A stretch of 64,000 bases of DNA from an uncultured bacterium (GTDB taxonomy: Bacteria > Patescibacteriota > CPR2 > UBA1875 > CAIMLA01), in NCBI GenBank assembly GCA_903842085.1, contig CAIMLA010000050.1:5133-69132 (forward strand), given 5' to 3'. Numbering within the stretch: position 1 is the stretch's first letter; every line of letters begins with the position of its first letter. Of the stretch, positions 19,859 to 30,334 are shown piece after piece. Both the position numbers and the translations under genes were made by a program. The notes beneath the pieces are model-generated. The model searched no databases and was not told where the DNA came from. It saw nothing but the letters and a program-made list of their open reading frames with translations.

Positions 19859-20554
19859 TTATGCTCCAAAGTTTCTATTAATATTTTTATACCAAGATAT
19901 CGCTTTGTCTAGGTCTGCTTCCTCAAATTCTGGCCAATATTTTTCGGTAAAATATAGCTCCGAGTAAGCTGATTGCCAAAGTAAAAAATTTGAAAGTCTA
20001 TGTTGACCTCCACAGCGGATAATTAAGTTCGGATCAGGCAACCCCGCCGTATCAAGATTTTTTTCAATTGTCGCTTCGCAAATATCTTCTTTTCCTATAT
20101 CACTCTCTATAATTTTCTTTATTGATTCGACGATCTCATTTCTGCCACCATAAGACAAGGCGACATTAAAAAAACCTTCTTTATTATTTTTGGTCAAATT
20201 TTCTGTCTTGATAATTATTTGTTGTAAATTTTTCCCTAAGTCTTCGGTCTTACCGATGGCTCTGAATTTTATGCCTTCGTCGTGAAGTGTTTTGGCGTCT
20301 TTTTTAAGGCCAAATTGTAATATTTTCATGATACTATCAATCTCTTTATTATCTCTTTTCCAATTTTCTGTTGAAAACGCATAAACAGTTAAGTACTTTA
20401 TGCCTTTACTTTTAAATAATTTAACCGTCTCTATGATTCTTCTATATCCTGCCCGATGACCATATTCTGAATTTTTTCCTATATTCTTTGCCCAACGTCT
20501 GTTACCATCCATTATTATACCAATATGTAGAGGCAGATCGTTAGTATTGCTCAT
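19859..20554 (-). CDS. uppS: Undecaprenyl pyrophosphate synthase
   Basis: GIIMDGNRRWA cis-IPPS signature. Confidence 0.9.
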   Translation of the reverse strand: MSNTNDLPLHIGIIMDGNRRWAKNIGKNSEYGHRAGYRRIIETVKLFKSKGIKYLTVYAFSTENWKRDNKEIDSIMKILQFGLKKDAKTLHDEGIKFRAIGKTEDLGKNLQQIIIKTENLTKNNKEGFFNVALSYGGRNEIVESIKKIIESDIGKEDICEATIEKNLDTAGLPDPNLIIRCGGQHRLSNFLLWQSAYSELYFTEKYWPEFEEADLDKAISWYKNINRNFGA

Positions 20555-20558
20555 ATGT

Positions 20559-21119
20559 CTATATCTCCATCAACTCTTTTTCTTTTTTCGCCAGAATCTC
20601 TTCAATTTTATGATTTGCTTTATCGACTTCCTCTTGTATCCGATGTTCGCCTCGATACATTTCGTCTTCTCCGATAACGCCGTCAACCTTTAGTTTTTTT
20701 ATTATGTTCCATGATTCTGTCCGTGAAGTTCTAATTGAAACCTTGGCTTCTTCGGCTTTTTCCTTGGTCACTTTGATAATATCTTTCCGTCTTTCTTCTG
20801 TTAGTTCAGGAATGATCACTCTAACTGAATCGCCATTGTTCACTGGACTAAAGCCTAAATTAGAATTTCTGATGGCGGACTCGATTTGTCCCGTCGCGCC
20901 CTTGTCCCATGGCTGAATTAGAATCTGTCTTGGCTCTGGGATTGTGATACTTGCGATTTGCTTGATTGATTGCTTTGAACCGTACAAGTCTACCAAGATG
21001 GTGTCTACTAAATTAGCAGAAGCTCTACCCGTATGAATGGTCGCGAGCTCATCTTCAAAATGGTTAATAGAACCTTCAAGCTTGGGACCCAGATCCTTTA
21101 GTATATTCTCAACTGACAT
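20559..21119 (-). CDS. frr: Ribosome recycling factor
   Basis: 186 aa RRF family. Conserved rpsB-tsf-(pyrH)-frr-uppS neighbourhood. pyrH is absent. Confidence 0.9.
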   Translation of the reverse strand: MSVENILKDLGPKLEGSINHFEDELATIHTGRASANLVDTILVDLYGSKQSIKQIASITIPEPRQILIQPWDKGATGQIESAIRNSNLGFSPVNNGDSVRVIIPELTEERRKDIIKVTKEKAEEAKVSIRTSRTESWNIIKKLKVDGVIGEDEMYRGEHRIQEEVDKANHKIEEILAKKEKELMEI

Positions 21120-21128
21120 ATTTCCTCC

Positions 21129-21725
21129 TTAGTTACCTAATTCAAATCTAGAGAACCTTCGAATCGATATTTTTTCACCAATCGCGGCTGTTTTTTCATT
21201 AAGCATATCTTGAATCGTGATGCTAGAGTCTTTGATATATGGTTGTTCCAATAGACAAACTGTCGCAAAATACTTGTCTATCTTTCCTTTTAGAATTTTT
21301 TCGGTGATCTCTTGTGACTTCTGCTCTCCCCCTAGCTTCGCTAGCTCAATCTCTTTTTCTTTCTCGATGATGTCAGCCGGGACGTCTTTTCTCGAAATGT
21401 AGAGTGGTGCGGCGGCGACAACATGCATAACTAGTTCTTGAGCTAATTCCTTAAACTTGTCGTTCCTGGCCACAAAATCAGTTTCAGAATTTAATTCTAG
21501 TAAGGCCCCTATTCTTTCTCCATGGATGTAGGAGACGATTAAACCTTGTTTTGCTTCCCGGTCCGCCCTTTTAGCAGCGGTAGCTGCGCCTTTTTTTCTT
21601 AAAACCTCAATGGCCTTATCAAAATTACCCTTTGTTTCTTCAAGAGCATTTTTACAGTCCATCATCCCCACCCCAGTCATATCTCTTAATTTTGCAATGT
21701 CTTTCATGTTAGCTGGCATTGTCAT
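21129..21725 (-). CDS. tsf: Elongation factor Ts (short form)
   Basis: N-terminal UBA-like (LRDMTGVGMMDCKNAL) plus EF-Ts core. Downstream of rpsB. Confidence 0.85.
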   Translation of the reverse strand: MTMPANMKDIAKLRDMTGVGMMDCKNALEETKGNFDKAIEVLRKKGAATAAKRADREAKQGLIVSYIHGERIGALLELNSETDFVARNDKFKELAQELVMHVVAAAPLYISRKDVPADIIEKEKEIELAKLGGEQKSQEITEKILKGKIDKYFATVCLLEQPYIKDSSITIQDMLNEKTAAIGEKISIRRFSRFELGN

Positions 21726-22416
21726 TCTCCTTATTATCTTTTATTATTGGCTTTGCCTTATTAATGACCTCTGCCATTTCTGTCGCAAAAAATTGGATTG
21801 ATTTAAGAGCATCGTCGTTTCCTGGTATCACGTAGTCTATATTGCTGGGATTCCCGTTGGTATCGACCACAGCCACAATTGGAATGCCAAGCTTATTGGC
21901 TTCCTTAACCGCGGTATTTTCTTTAATAACATCGATTATAAAAATTGCTTCAGGCTGTTTTTCAAGCTTACTAATTCCACCGAGGTTTTCGGATATTTTG
22001 TCCGCCTTTTTACTCGCCACAAGTAATTGTTTTTTAGTGGCAAAGGCCTTTTTTTCAATCTGGTCTTGGATCGCTTTTAGGGTTTTAATCCTCTTAAAAA
22101 AGGTATCAAAATTAGTAAGCATTCCTCCTAACCATCGCTCCGTCACATATGGCATGCCGCATGACTCAGCGGCTTCCTTGACTATTGCCTGTGCTTGCTT
22201 TTTTGTCCCGACAAATAAAATTAATCCATTTTTTTCGATGACACTTTCAACAAACTTTTCTGCAATTGTCAGCTGTTCATCCGTTTTTACCAAATCAAAA
22301 ATATGGACATTGCCTCTTTCCGTAAAAATAAAAGGGTCCATTTTTGGATTCCACCGTGATTTCTGATGGCCAAAATGAACACCTGCCTCGAGCATTTTTT
22401 TTATTCTAGATTCCAT
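21709..22416 (-). CDS. rpsB: 30S ribosomal protein S2
   Basis: S2 signature (AGVHFGHQ). Confidence 0.9.
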   Translation of the reverse strand: MESRIKKMLEAGVHFGHQKSRWNPKMDPFIFTERGNVHIFDLVKTDEQLTIAEKFVESVIEKNGLILFVGTKKQAQAIVKEAAESCGMPYVTERWLGGMLTNFDTFFKRIKTLKAIQDQIEKKAFATKKQLLVASKKADKISENLGGISKLEKQPEAIFIIDVIKENTAVKEANKLGIPIVAVVDTNGNPSNIDYVIPGNDDALKSIQFFATEMAEVINKAKPIIKDNKENDNAS

Positions 22417-22612
22417 TTAACTCCTTTTCTCCGTTTAGACGGACCGCCGTTTCTATCTGTCTTGACTTTCTGTCAGGAGTAACTAAGTTAGAAACGTGTG
22501 AATTTATTTTGCGAATCTAATCTTACCAAATGAACAATAAACAGTCAATCTTAATTTACTATTGAAAATATTTTATTTTTAGGATAGAATTACTTTACTT
22601 AAGGATAATGAT

Positions 22613-22960
22613 ATGAAAGATAAGATTCATCCAAAATACGAAAAATCGATTGTCAGCTGCTCCTGCGGCAACACTTTTGAGACAAAATCTACAGTACCAG
22701 AGATCAGTATTGATATTTGTTCTGTGTGTCATCCATTTTACACTGGCAAGCAAAAGCTCGTCGATACGGCTGGCAGAGTCGATAAGTTTAGGTCAAGATT
22801 ACAGAAGATGGAAGAACTTAAAAACTCTTCTCCTAAGCAGAAAGCAACTCCAAAAAAAGACTTATCAGTCAAAAAAGAGAAGAAGATTGAAACCATCGCT
22901 GATATAAAAAAAGAACTTGAAGTAGAAACTATCGACGCCGACGTCCTGAATAATAAGTAA
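22613..22960 (+). CDS. rpmE: 50S ribosomal protein L31 with a Lys-rich C-terminal extension
   Basis: N-terminal ~70 aa is L31 (HPKY...CSCGN...[11 protein letters not shown]), followed by a ~45 aa basic tail. Confidence 0.8.
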   Translation: MKDKIHPKYEKSIVSCSCGNTFETKSTVPEISIDICSVCHPFYTGKQKLVDTAGRVDKFRSRLQKMEELKNSSPKQKATPKKDLSVKKEKKIETIADIKKELEVETIDADVLNNK

Positions 22961-22986
22961 CAAACCACTAGCGCTCGCAATTTGTT

Positions 22987-24087
22987 ATGATTGAGCGCTA
23001 TAATTGTTTTATGGATATAGAAAAAAAATACAGCGCCATTAAAGAAGATTTAAGGGAAACCGAGCAATTGCTTGCTGATCCCAATATTTTTAGTAACACA
23101 AAAAAGCTGACCGACCTAAACCGACATCGAAATTCTCTAACTAGTCAATTAAAACTTTTCTCTGATCTTGAAATTGTCGAAAGAGAACTAAGCGAAGCTC
23201 AATCTATTGCTGAGGATGCAGGTGACCCTGGACTAGTGGCCATGGCAAATGAGGAACTTAGGGTCAAGAAAGAACAAAGGGAATTATTAATAAAAAATAT
23301 TGAGATCGAACTTTTACCAAAGGATGAGAAAGACTCAAAAAATATTATTCTAGAAATACGAGCGGGTGCGGGCGGTGATGAAGCCGCTTTGTTCGCTGCT
23401 GAATTATTCAGAATGTACGTCAGTTATGCTGAAAATAGAAAATGGAAGGTCAATATTCTAGATTCACACCAAAATGAAATTGGGGGCTATAAAGAAGTAA
23501 TTTTTGAGATCATCGGTGAGAATGTTTATCATTATTTAAAATATGAAAGTGGCGTCCATAGAGTTCAACGGATTCCCGAAACCGAATCAGGTGGGCGAAT
23601 TCACACTTCAACCGTTACCGTTGCCGTTCTCCCTGAAGCCGAAGAGATTGATCTAAAGATAGAACAAAATGAAATCAGAATCGATGTCTTCCGATCTAGC
23701 GGACCAGGCGGGCAAAGCGTCAATACCACTGATTCAGCCGTAAGAATAACCCATCTTCCAAGTGGTCTCATTGTTTCATGCCAAGATGAAAAATCACAAA
23801 TCAAGAACAGAGATAAGGCGATGAACATCCTGCGATCACGATTACTCGCCCTTAAGGAGGAAGAAGAAGCAAAAAAACGAGGTGACGCTAGACGACTTCA
23901 GATCGGGACTGGTGACAGAAGCGAGAAAATCCGAACCTATAACTTTCCTCAGGATCGAATAACCGATCACAGAATAACTTTTTCGCTTCATAATTTACCC
24001 AATTTTATGTCTGGCGATATCGATGAGATGATTAACCGATTGATCGAAGTTGATCGCGACGAGGCCTTGAAAAATTTAGATAAATAA
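22987..24087 (+). CDS. prfA: Peptide chain release factor 1
   Basis: GGQ motif ([11 protein letters not shown]) and a PET tripeptide of RF1 type. The start may be the internal Met (MDIEKK). Confidence 0.9.
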   Translation: MIERYNCFMDIEKKYSAIKEDLRETEQLLADPNIFSNTKKLTDLNRHRNSLTSQLKLFSDLEIVERELSEAQSIAEDAGDPGLVAMANEELRVKKEQRELLIKNIEIELLPKDEKDSKNIILEIRAGAGGDEAALFAAELFRMYVSYAENRKWKVNILDSHQNEIGGYKEVIFEIIGENVYHYLKYESGVHRVQRIPETESGGRIHTSTVTVAVLPEAEEIDLKIEQNEIRIDVFRSSGPGGQSVNTTDSAVRITHLPSGLIVSCQDEKSQIKNRDKAMNILRSRLLALKEEEEAKKRGDARRLQIGTGDRSEKIRTYNFPQDRITDHRITFSLHNLPNFMSGDIDEMINRLIEVDRDEALKNLDK

Positions 24088-24125
24088 TCAATCAGTCTCT
24101 CTTTAGTGACGGCTCGATTAAAGTT

Positions 24126-25289
24126 TTATTTTGCTTCGGTTAAAGTAACTTCGGTTGTTTCTGGTTTATTGTCTCTTAAATAACTAATTTTTACTTTATC
24201 GCCAACCTTATATTTAGCAATAATGCTTGATAACGACTGACTACTGGTTATCTTGTTATCACCAATTTTGGTCACAATGTCATCATTCTTAAGCCCAGCT
24301 TTAGCCGCCGGACTTCCGGGGATCACTCCAAGCTCAGTTCTGCTACCGTAAATGTAGGCCCCTTCTGTAACTGGTAAGTTATTGCTGGCCGCAAATTCTT
24401 TTGTGATCGGGATGTATCTAATGCCAAGCATGGGTCTTGTTATTTTTCCTTTACTAATCACACTCTCGACATCTGCCTTGGCGGTATTTATTGGGATGGC
24501 AAAACCGATTGACTGGCCATTTTGATCAATGGCCGTATTAATTCCAATCACCTGCCCCGCTAGATTCACTAAGGGACCGCCTGAATTTCCCGGGTTAATG
24601 GCCGCATCGGTTTGAATAACATTTTCTAGGGATTCAGAACTGCCGCTTGAGCTATCCCCTGCTTCGATTGCTCTTCCAACCGCGCTAACGACTCCTGTCG
24701 TCACCGTATTTTGGTATTGACCAAGAGCATTCCCAATTGCAACCACTGATTGTCCAACCTGAATATTGTCAGAGTTACCAAGTTCGGCGATAGGCAAATT
24801 ATTGGCCTCAATTTTCAAAAACGCAATATCATTAGTCGGATCGATTGCTTTGATGACCGCTTTGTATTCTTTTCCATCATTCGTAAAAACACTATAGGCC
24901 GAATTTTCTGAGCTCACGACATGCTTATTTGTAATAATTAAGCCATCTTTCTCAATAATAAAGCCCGTTCCAGAGCTTTTCGAATTGCCCGTATTCCCAA
25001 AAAAATCCACTGTCTTAGTCTCCCCGGTGATACTGACGACGGCTGGTCCGACTTTTTTTACGGCATCTATTATGGCCGAATTCTCAACAACATTTTGTCT
25101 AATTGTCTTGTTCAAAACGCTTCCGCCATTTTGACTTCTATAGTCCAGATAAACAAAAGAGCCGAAGACTCCTCCCATTACCCCGACCAAAAAAATTATT
25201 ATTACATACAAAATTCGATTGTCTTTGTTTTTTTTATCGACTTTTTTTAGGGTTTTTTCAGCCTGAGACTTTTCATTTGTTTCTTCCAT
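24126..25289 (-). CDS. HtrA/DegP-family serine protease with PDZ domain
   Basis: N-terminal TM and a trypsin fold with GNSGGPLVN. C-terminal PDZ. Confidence 0.85.
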   Translation of the reverse strand: MEETNEKSQAEKTLKKVDKKNKDNRILYVIIIFLVGVMGGVFGSFVYLDYRSQNGGSVLNKTIRQNVVENSAIIDAVKKVGPAVVSITGETKTVDFFGNTGNSKSSGTGFIIEKDGLIITNKHVVSSENSAYSVFTNDGKEYKAVIKAIDPTNDIAFLKIEANNLPIAELGNSDNIQVGQSVVAIGNALGQYQNTVTTGVVSAVGRAIEAGDSSSGSSESLENVIQTDAAINPGNSGGPLVNLAGQVIGINTAIDQNGQSIGFAIPINTAKADVESVISKGKITRPMLGIRYIPITKEFAASNNLPVTEGAYIYGSRTELGVIPGSPAAKAGLKNDDIVTKIGDNKITSSQSLSSIIAKYKVGDKVKISYLRDNKPETTEVTLTEAK

Positions 25290-25296
25290 TTTCCTC

Positions 25297-26133
25297 CTAA
25301 ATTTGTGGTAGCCACTTAGCTGATACGAAAAGTATTGTTAAAAACAATACGGTAAATACGATATATTCTATAATAACATTTTTTGTCAAACTTTTTTCGG
25401 CCTTGTGCGAAACTATTCCCCAGGAAAAATAAAAGATTATGGAAAGAATAACCGCCGGTAATGGTGTTCCCAGTAAAGAGGCTTTCTCAAAATTTACGTA
25501 AATTGGATAATTAATAATCCAGATAGAAGAGACCCAGGCTATTTCCATCCCCAACAAGGCGATTACGATATTATAAGGTAAAAATTTCTTTTGATTTATC
25601 CCGTTTTCCCAGGCTAGAAAATATGATATTAAGAAAAATATACCACCGGTAATCAAAACAACGGCGGACAAGGGTAAACTGATTTTGGAGTCAACACTGC
25701 TCGTAATGTACAATTTAAAAAGAACCGATAAATTGAAGAAAATAGACAAAATTGAGACGCTCACTAACAAATTTCTTTGAGTTTTGGCGGCCCTGTCTTC
25801 CAAATTAAAGACCCGTCTTAAGGCAACAAATAGCAAGTAGTTTATAATGCCGAAGATAACTAATATGGCAAACCTGACGATATCGACAGAGAGTGATTGA
25901 ATGTATAGAATCCCCCCGAAATTAAACAGGACTGGTAGCAACAAAAATTTCAGGCTTTCTACGATTTCTTTTTTGACGTATTTGACTTTAAAAAAATAAC
26001 GCAGGGTGGCAATTATAGTTATCAGCATCGTCATTAGTAGCCAACCTAACAAATTAGGATAGATGACTACTAAAAGTTGTTGAAGGGAAAGTATTAAAGC
26101 AATTACAAGAGATTTTTTTTGGATTGAATTCAT
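25297..26133 (-). CDS. Hypothetical polytopic membrane protein (translationally coupled to the upstream LCP gene)
   Basis: 278 aa, ~8 predicted TM helices. The ATG overlaps the LCP stop. Confidence 0.4.
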   Translation of the reverse strand: MNSIQKKSLVIALILSLQQLLVVIYPNLLGWLLMTMLITIIATLRYFFKVKYVKKEIVESLKFLLLPVLFNFGGILYIQSLSVDIVRFAILVIFGIINYLLFVALRRVFNLEDRAAKTQRNLLVSVSILSIFFNLSVLFKLYITSSVDSKISLPLSAVVLITGGIFFLISYFLAWENGINQKKFLPYNIVIALLGMEIAWVSSIWIINYPIYVNFEKASLLGTPLPAVILSIIFYFSWGIVSHKAEKSLTKNVIIEYIVFTVLFLTILFVSAKWLPQI

Positions 26134-27557
26134 TTTACCTTGTAATCATTACCGATAATCACTTCTATATCATTATCGCTATATTCACCCGTCTTTTTTT
26201 CTGATTTGACGTTAAAGTATTTTTCTAAGGCCGCAATGGTCTTGGGTTTGGCTCCATTAGTGTAATCATAGATGACGGTGGTGGGATAGGTTAGGGTCTG
26301 TGCCGAACCAACATATTGAATATTATAATCAAGCGCTTTTAAGCTTTCCGAGGCCTTCGTGGCTAAGCCAGCCGTTGTGGTGCCGTTATAAACCGCCAGC
26401 GAAGCCGCTTCATTGGCGATAGATTGATCTTTAAAAATATTTTTTGCCATCGCTCTGATGGCAGTATATTCACCTAGCCCTAGTTTTGGAATCAAAGTAT
26501 AGCCGGCCTGTGGGTAGCTCCCCGCAATTAATAACCCATTGGCTGAGTTATCTAGGACGCGGTTCACGATTTTGCTACTATCAATCGTTTTCCCTATTTC
26601 AACCAATCTTTGAATTTCATTTGTTTTGAAATCAGTTTTGATATGATCTCCAGTAATCTGGATGATTTCTGCAATTTTCTTTGGATTAGTCAGGGTCGAG
26701 GTCGTTAAGAGTTTTTCTTTAAGCGCAACCAAAACTTGTTGCTGTCTCTTCGCTCTATCAAAGTCGCTTGTAGTCTCTCGAGATCGCGCATATTTCAAGG
26801 CCAAGGCCCCATCCATGTGGTGAACCCCCTGGGTGATGCTGAGTGTTCCGTCCGGATACAATGGATCATAGAGGTCTTTCTCTACATTAATGTCAACACC
26901 CCCGACAGCGTCGATGAGCTTAGAAAAACCCGTGAAATCAGCTCTAACGTAATAATGGATTGGCAAGTCCAGGACAGTACTGATTGTCTCGCTGGCAAGC
27001 TGTGGTCCACCCCCAGGATACTTATTTTGTTCACCATAGGCATGGGCGGCATTTATTTTTGAATAACCATTATCGCCAATTTTTACGTATAAGTCTCTTG
27101 GGATTGAGATCATGGCCACATTTTTTGTGGCAACATCATAACTCATAACCATGATTGTATCAGACAACGTCGCCCCATCATGGCCTTCGTCACCAACACC
27201 TAAAACTAAAATGTTGACTCTGCCCGAGCTCTCACCTTTTAACGGTTTTTTATCCAGTAGGCCCAATAAGCCCGGCGCACTTTCAACCGCAAAGATATTC
27301 TTCATCGCTTGATAAGAAATCCAACCAAAATAACCAATAATTCCTAGGACAATTACCAGGATTGATAGAATAATTATTCTCTTGATTTTTCTTTTCTTTC
27401 TTTTCTTCTTGAAATTAACAGTTGTCTTATCTGATTTTGTCTTCATTGGTTCACTCACCGTCTTGACACTGCTTTCTATTTCTTCGATTGATAATTTCTT
27501 CATACCTTTTTTTATTAACCAAATAAAATTATATACGAAAAAGTGATTGTCAGCCAA
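26130..27557 (-). CDS. LytR-CpsA-Psr (LCP) family cell-wall polymer transferase
   Basis: N-terminal TM, LCP core (RVNILVLGVGDEG...DTIMV...IPRDLYV) plus a LytR_C-like C-terminal domain. Confidence 0.8.
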   Translation of the reverse strand: MADNHFFVYNFIWLIKKGMKKLSIEEIESSVKTVSEPMKTKSDKTTVNFKKKRKKRKIKRIIILSILVIVLGIIGYFGWISYQAMKNIFAVESAPGLLGLLDKKPLKGESSGRVNILVLGVGDEGHDGATLSDTIMVMSYDVATKNVAMISIPRDLYVKIGDNGYSKINAAHAYGEQNKYPGGGPQLASETISTVLDLPIHYYVRADFTGFSKLIDAVGGVDINVEKDLYDPLYPDGTLSITQGVHHMDGALALKYARSRETTSDFDRAKRQQQVLVALKEKLLTTSTLTNPKKIAEIIQITGDHIKTDFKTNEIQRLVEIGKTIDSSKIVNRVLDNSANGLLIAGSYPQAGYTLIPKLGLGEYTAIRAMAKNIFKDQSIANEAASLAVYNGTTTAGLATKASESLKALDYNIQYVGSAQTLTYPTTVIYDYTNGAKPKTIAALEKYFNVKSEKKTGEYSDNDIEVIIGNDYKVK

Positions 27558-28233
27558 GGGTTTTTTTCGTTATAATACTTTTACTGTGACAGATAGCCCA
27601 AAAGATACAAAATCGAATATAGTAGAAACCCTTAATCTAGGTTACTGGCTGGACATCTTAAAAACAATCCTAATCGTGGGTTTCTTTGTTCTGTTTTTTC
27701 GTTTTTTTATTATTCAACCATATTATATTTTAGGTTCTAGCATGGAGCCTGATTATCACAATGGTGAATATTTGTTTATTGACGAAATCAGTTATCGTTT
27801 TGCTCAGCCTTCAAGGGGTGATGTTATTGTCTTGCGCCATCCTGATGATGCTTGTATCTCCTATATTGAATCTAGCCAAATAATGAAAACTTTTTTCCAA
27901 GGTCCTTGCAAGAATTATATAAAAAGAATCGTCGGTCTACCTGGTGAAACCGTTAAAATAGAGTCAGGGAAAGTTTATATTATCAACAAAGAAAACCCTA
28001 AAGGTTTTGTCTTAAATGAATCATATATTGAACCCGGGACGCCAACTCTTGGTGATCAAACGGTGACCGTTGGAGAAAATGAATACTTTGTTTTAGGTGA
28101 TAACCGAAAACCCAATGCTAGCTCTGATTCCCGAGATTGGGGTTTACTGAATAAAAAATATATTGTCGGCAAGGGTTGGTTGATGGTCTTACCTTTAAGT
28201 GACTTTGGTTTAATTAAAAATCCGAGTTATTAA
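27547..28233 (+). CDS. lepB: Signal peptidase I
   Basis: S26 catalytic Ser box (GSSMEP), Lys box, GDNRKPNASSDSRDWG box. Confidence 0.85.
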   Translation: MSAKGFFRYNTFTVTDSPKDTKSNIVETLNLGYWLDILKTILIVGFFVLFFRFFIIQPYYILGSSMEPDYHNGEYLFIDEISYRFAQPSRGDVIVLRHPDDACISYIESSQIMKTFFQGPCKNYIKRIVGLPGETVKIESGKVYIINKENPKGFVLNESYIEPGTPTLGDQTVTVGENEYFVLGDNRKPNASSDSRDWGLLNKKYIVGKGWLMVLPLSDFGLIKNPSY

Positions 28234-29096
28234 TGGCCCAGAAGTCTTCTGTAAATTCTTTCTAAATCCTCAAAGTTATAATAATCGATGATAATTTGGC
28301 CACCGTGCTTTTTATTTTTTATGGTCACTTTTGTTCCCATCTTTTCAGAAATTCTTTTCTCGGCGGCCGCAAAATTAGGATCTTTGGGACGATCATTGTT
28401 CTCCCCTGTTTTTTCGTTAAACTTCTTTTTTTCGGCTTGACGAACCGTTATTTTGCCTGACTTTATTTCACGAAACAAGGCCAGCTGTTGGTCCTTGTTC
28501 TCAATATTAAGTAACGTCCTGGCGTGACCTTCTGAAATTTCATTATTAATGAGAGCTTGTTTTATCTCTCCAGGTAACAAGAGCAGTCTGATTGTATTAG
28601 CGATCGTTGGTCTGGCTTTTCCGACTTTTTTAGCCACCTCTTCTTGGGTAAGAGAAAATTCATCCGTTAGCCTCTTATAAGAAACTGCCGCCTCAATCGG
28701 ATTAAGGTTTTCTCTTTGAACGTTCTCAATTAAAGCCACCTCGAGCTTTGATTGTTCATCCATTGATCGAATAATGACTGGCACTGTTTTTAGTCCAGCG
28801 ATCCTGGCCGCTCGGTATCTTCGTTCACCTGCGATCAATTGGAACCCATCATTGAAGGGCGCGACCAGTAATGGTTGCAAGATCCCATGTTCCCGAATCG
28901 ATGAGGCCAATTCAGCGAGGGCGACTTCATCAAAGTTTTGTCGAGGTTGATTCGGGTTTTGAACTATCTGGTCAATTGAAATTTCATTATTTGTTTTTTG
29001 TTGACCAGCCTCATCCTGTCCGGTTGGTATTAATGAGTCCAAGCCTCTTCCTAGACCATGCTTTATGATATTCTTGTCATCTTTTACGGTTTGCAT
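28230..29096 (-). CDS. parB: Chromosome partitioning protein ParB
   Basis: ParB box (IAGERRYRAARIAG), HTH, C-terminal dimerisation domain. Confidence 0.85.
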   Translation of the reverse strand: MQTVKDDKNIIKHGLGRGLDSLIPTGQDEAGQQKTNNEISIDQIVQNPNQPRQNFDEVALAELASSIREHGILQPLLVAPFNDGFQLIAGERRYRAARIAGLKTVPVIIRSMDEQSKLEVALIENVQRENLNPIEAAVSYKRLTDEFSLTQEEVAKKVGKARPTIANTIRLLLLPGEIKQALINNEISEGHARTLLNIENKDQQLALFREIKSGKITVRQAEKKKFNEKTGENNDRPKDPNFAAAEKRISEKMGTKVTIKNKKHGGQIIIDYYNFEDLERIYRRLLGH

Positions 29097-29851
29097 TTCT
29101 TATGAACCTCCTTCGCGAGTGATTTATAGGCATTAGCGCCCTTTCCAAAGCGGTCATATTGGTAAATGACCTTTCCATATGATGGGGCTTCTGCCAGTCT
29201 TATATTCCTTGGTATTATTGTCTCGAAAACTTTATTCGGGAAGTGCTTCTTTACTTCCTCTTCAACTTGCCTGGAGAGAAGTGTATTTTTATTATACATT
29301 GTTAGAAGCACGCCGAGTAATGATAGTTTTGGATTGAGACTAACTCTAATCCTCTGAACGGTGTGCAGCAGTTGACTCAGTCCTTCAAGGGCATAAAACT
29401 CAGTCTGGACTGGTATGAGGATGTAGTCAGACCCAACCAAACCATTGACCGTCAATATGCCTAGAGAAGGTGGGCAATCGATAATAATGTAGTCATACTC
29501 ATGCTTAATTTTTTCTATTGATTGTTTTAAGCGGTGTTCTCTCGCTAAATGGCTAACCAGCTCGACCTCTGCGGCGGCTAAAACCATACTCGCCGGGGCT
29601 AGGTGTAATCGATCTGTGCTAGTCTCTAGCCTAATCTCCTGGATCGGAACCTCTCTTATCAAGACATCATACATGCTCTTCTCAACTAAATTTTTATCGA
29701 TACCCAGACCACTCGTTGAATTACCTTGTGGGTCGAGGTCAATCAATAAAACTTTCATGCCTTCACGAGCCAAATATCCGGAAAGATTGACTGTAGTGGT
29801 TGTTTTACCAACCCCGCCTTTTTGATTTGTTATTACAATTACTTGAGCCAT
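29084..29851 (-). CDS. parA: Chromosome partitioning ATPase ParA/Soj
   Basis: Deviant Walker A (KGGVGKTTT). Confidence 0.85.
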   Translation of the reverse strand: MAQVIVITNQKGGVGKTTTTVNLSGYLAREGMKVLLIDLDPQGNSTSGLGIDKNLVEKSMYDVLIREVPIQEIRLETSTDRLHLAPASMVLAAAEVELVSHLAREHRLKQSIEKIKHEYDYIIIDCPPSLGILTVNGLVGSDYILIPVQTEFYALEGLSQLLHTVQRIRVSLNPKLSLLGVLLTMYNKNTLLSRQVEEEVKKHFPNKVFETIIPRNIRLAEAPSYGKVIYQYDRFGKGANAYKSLAKEVHKKCKP

Positions 29852-29916
29852 TAAGTGTAGTTTAGCAAAAAAATTGTTCTAGGACCATAAATAAATTATC
29901 TCCGTTAGGAGATAAT

Positions 29917-30276
29917 TTATTTCTTTTCAATTTTGACTATTTTTATTTGAGTGTATTTTTGTCTATGCCCAGTTTTAACCCGATAGTTTTTCTTAGCCTT
30001 ATACTTAAAAATTATCTGTTTATCCCCCTTGACAATATTATTGTAGATGGCCCGGACTTTTACATTTTCTAAAATAGGTTTACCAACTTCAATCTTCTCT
30101 CCGTCGGCGTATAATAAAACCTCGGAAAAAATGATTTCTTTGCCCTCTTCTCCTTCTACCAATTCTATTTCTAAGACATCATCTTCACTGACAATATACT
30201 GCTTACCACCAGTTTTTATGACTGCTAGTTTTTTATTCGCTTCTTTTTTAATTGTCGGTTGGGTTTCTTTTGCCAT
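29917..30276 (-). CDS. rplU: 50S ribosomal protein L21
   Basis: AVIKTGGKQY signature. Basic C-terminal tail. Confidence 0.8.
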   Translation of the reverse strand: MAKETQPTIKKEANKKLAVIKTGGKQYIVSEDDVLEIELVEGEEGKEIIFSEVLLYADGEKIEVGKPILENVKVRAIYNNIVKGDKQIIFKYKAKKNYRVKTGHRQKYTQIKIVKIEKK

Positions 30277-30334
30277 AATATAATTTTAATAACGTTTTAG
30301 ATTTTATCATTTCTGCGAGTAATAATCAATAATA

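Noticed and set aside
22417-22612. Possible conserved rpsB 5'-UTR autoregulatory RNA.
   Set aside because: The ~100-nt leader is present, but I could not identify a convincing conserved pseudoknot or hairpin by eye. I left it unannotated.
28464-28478. parS-like sequence TATTTCACGAAACAA inside parB.
   Set aside because: It lacks the central GT/TG of the 16-bp consensus TGTTTCACGTGAAACA, giving a 14-bp spacing. It is probably coincidental coding sequence. No full parS was spotted by eye.
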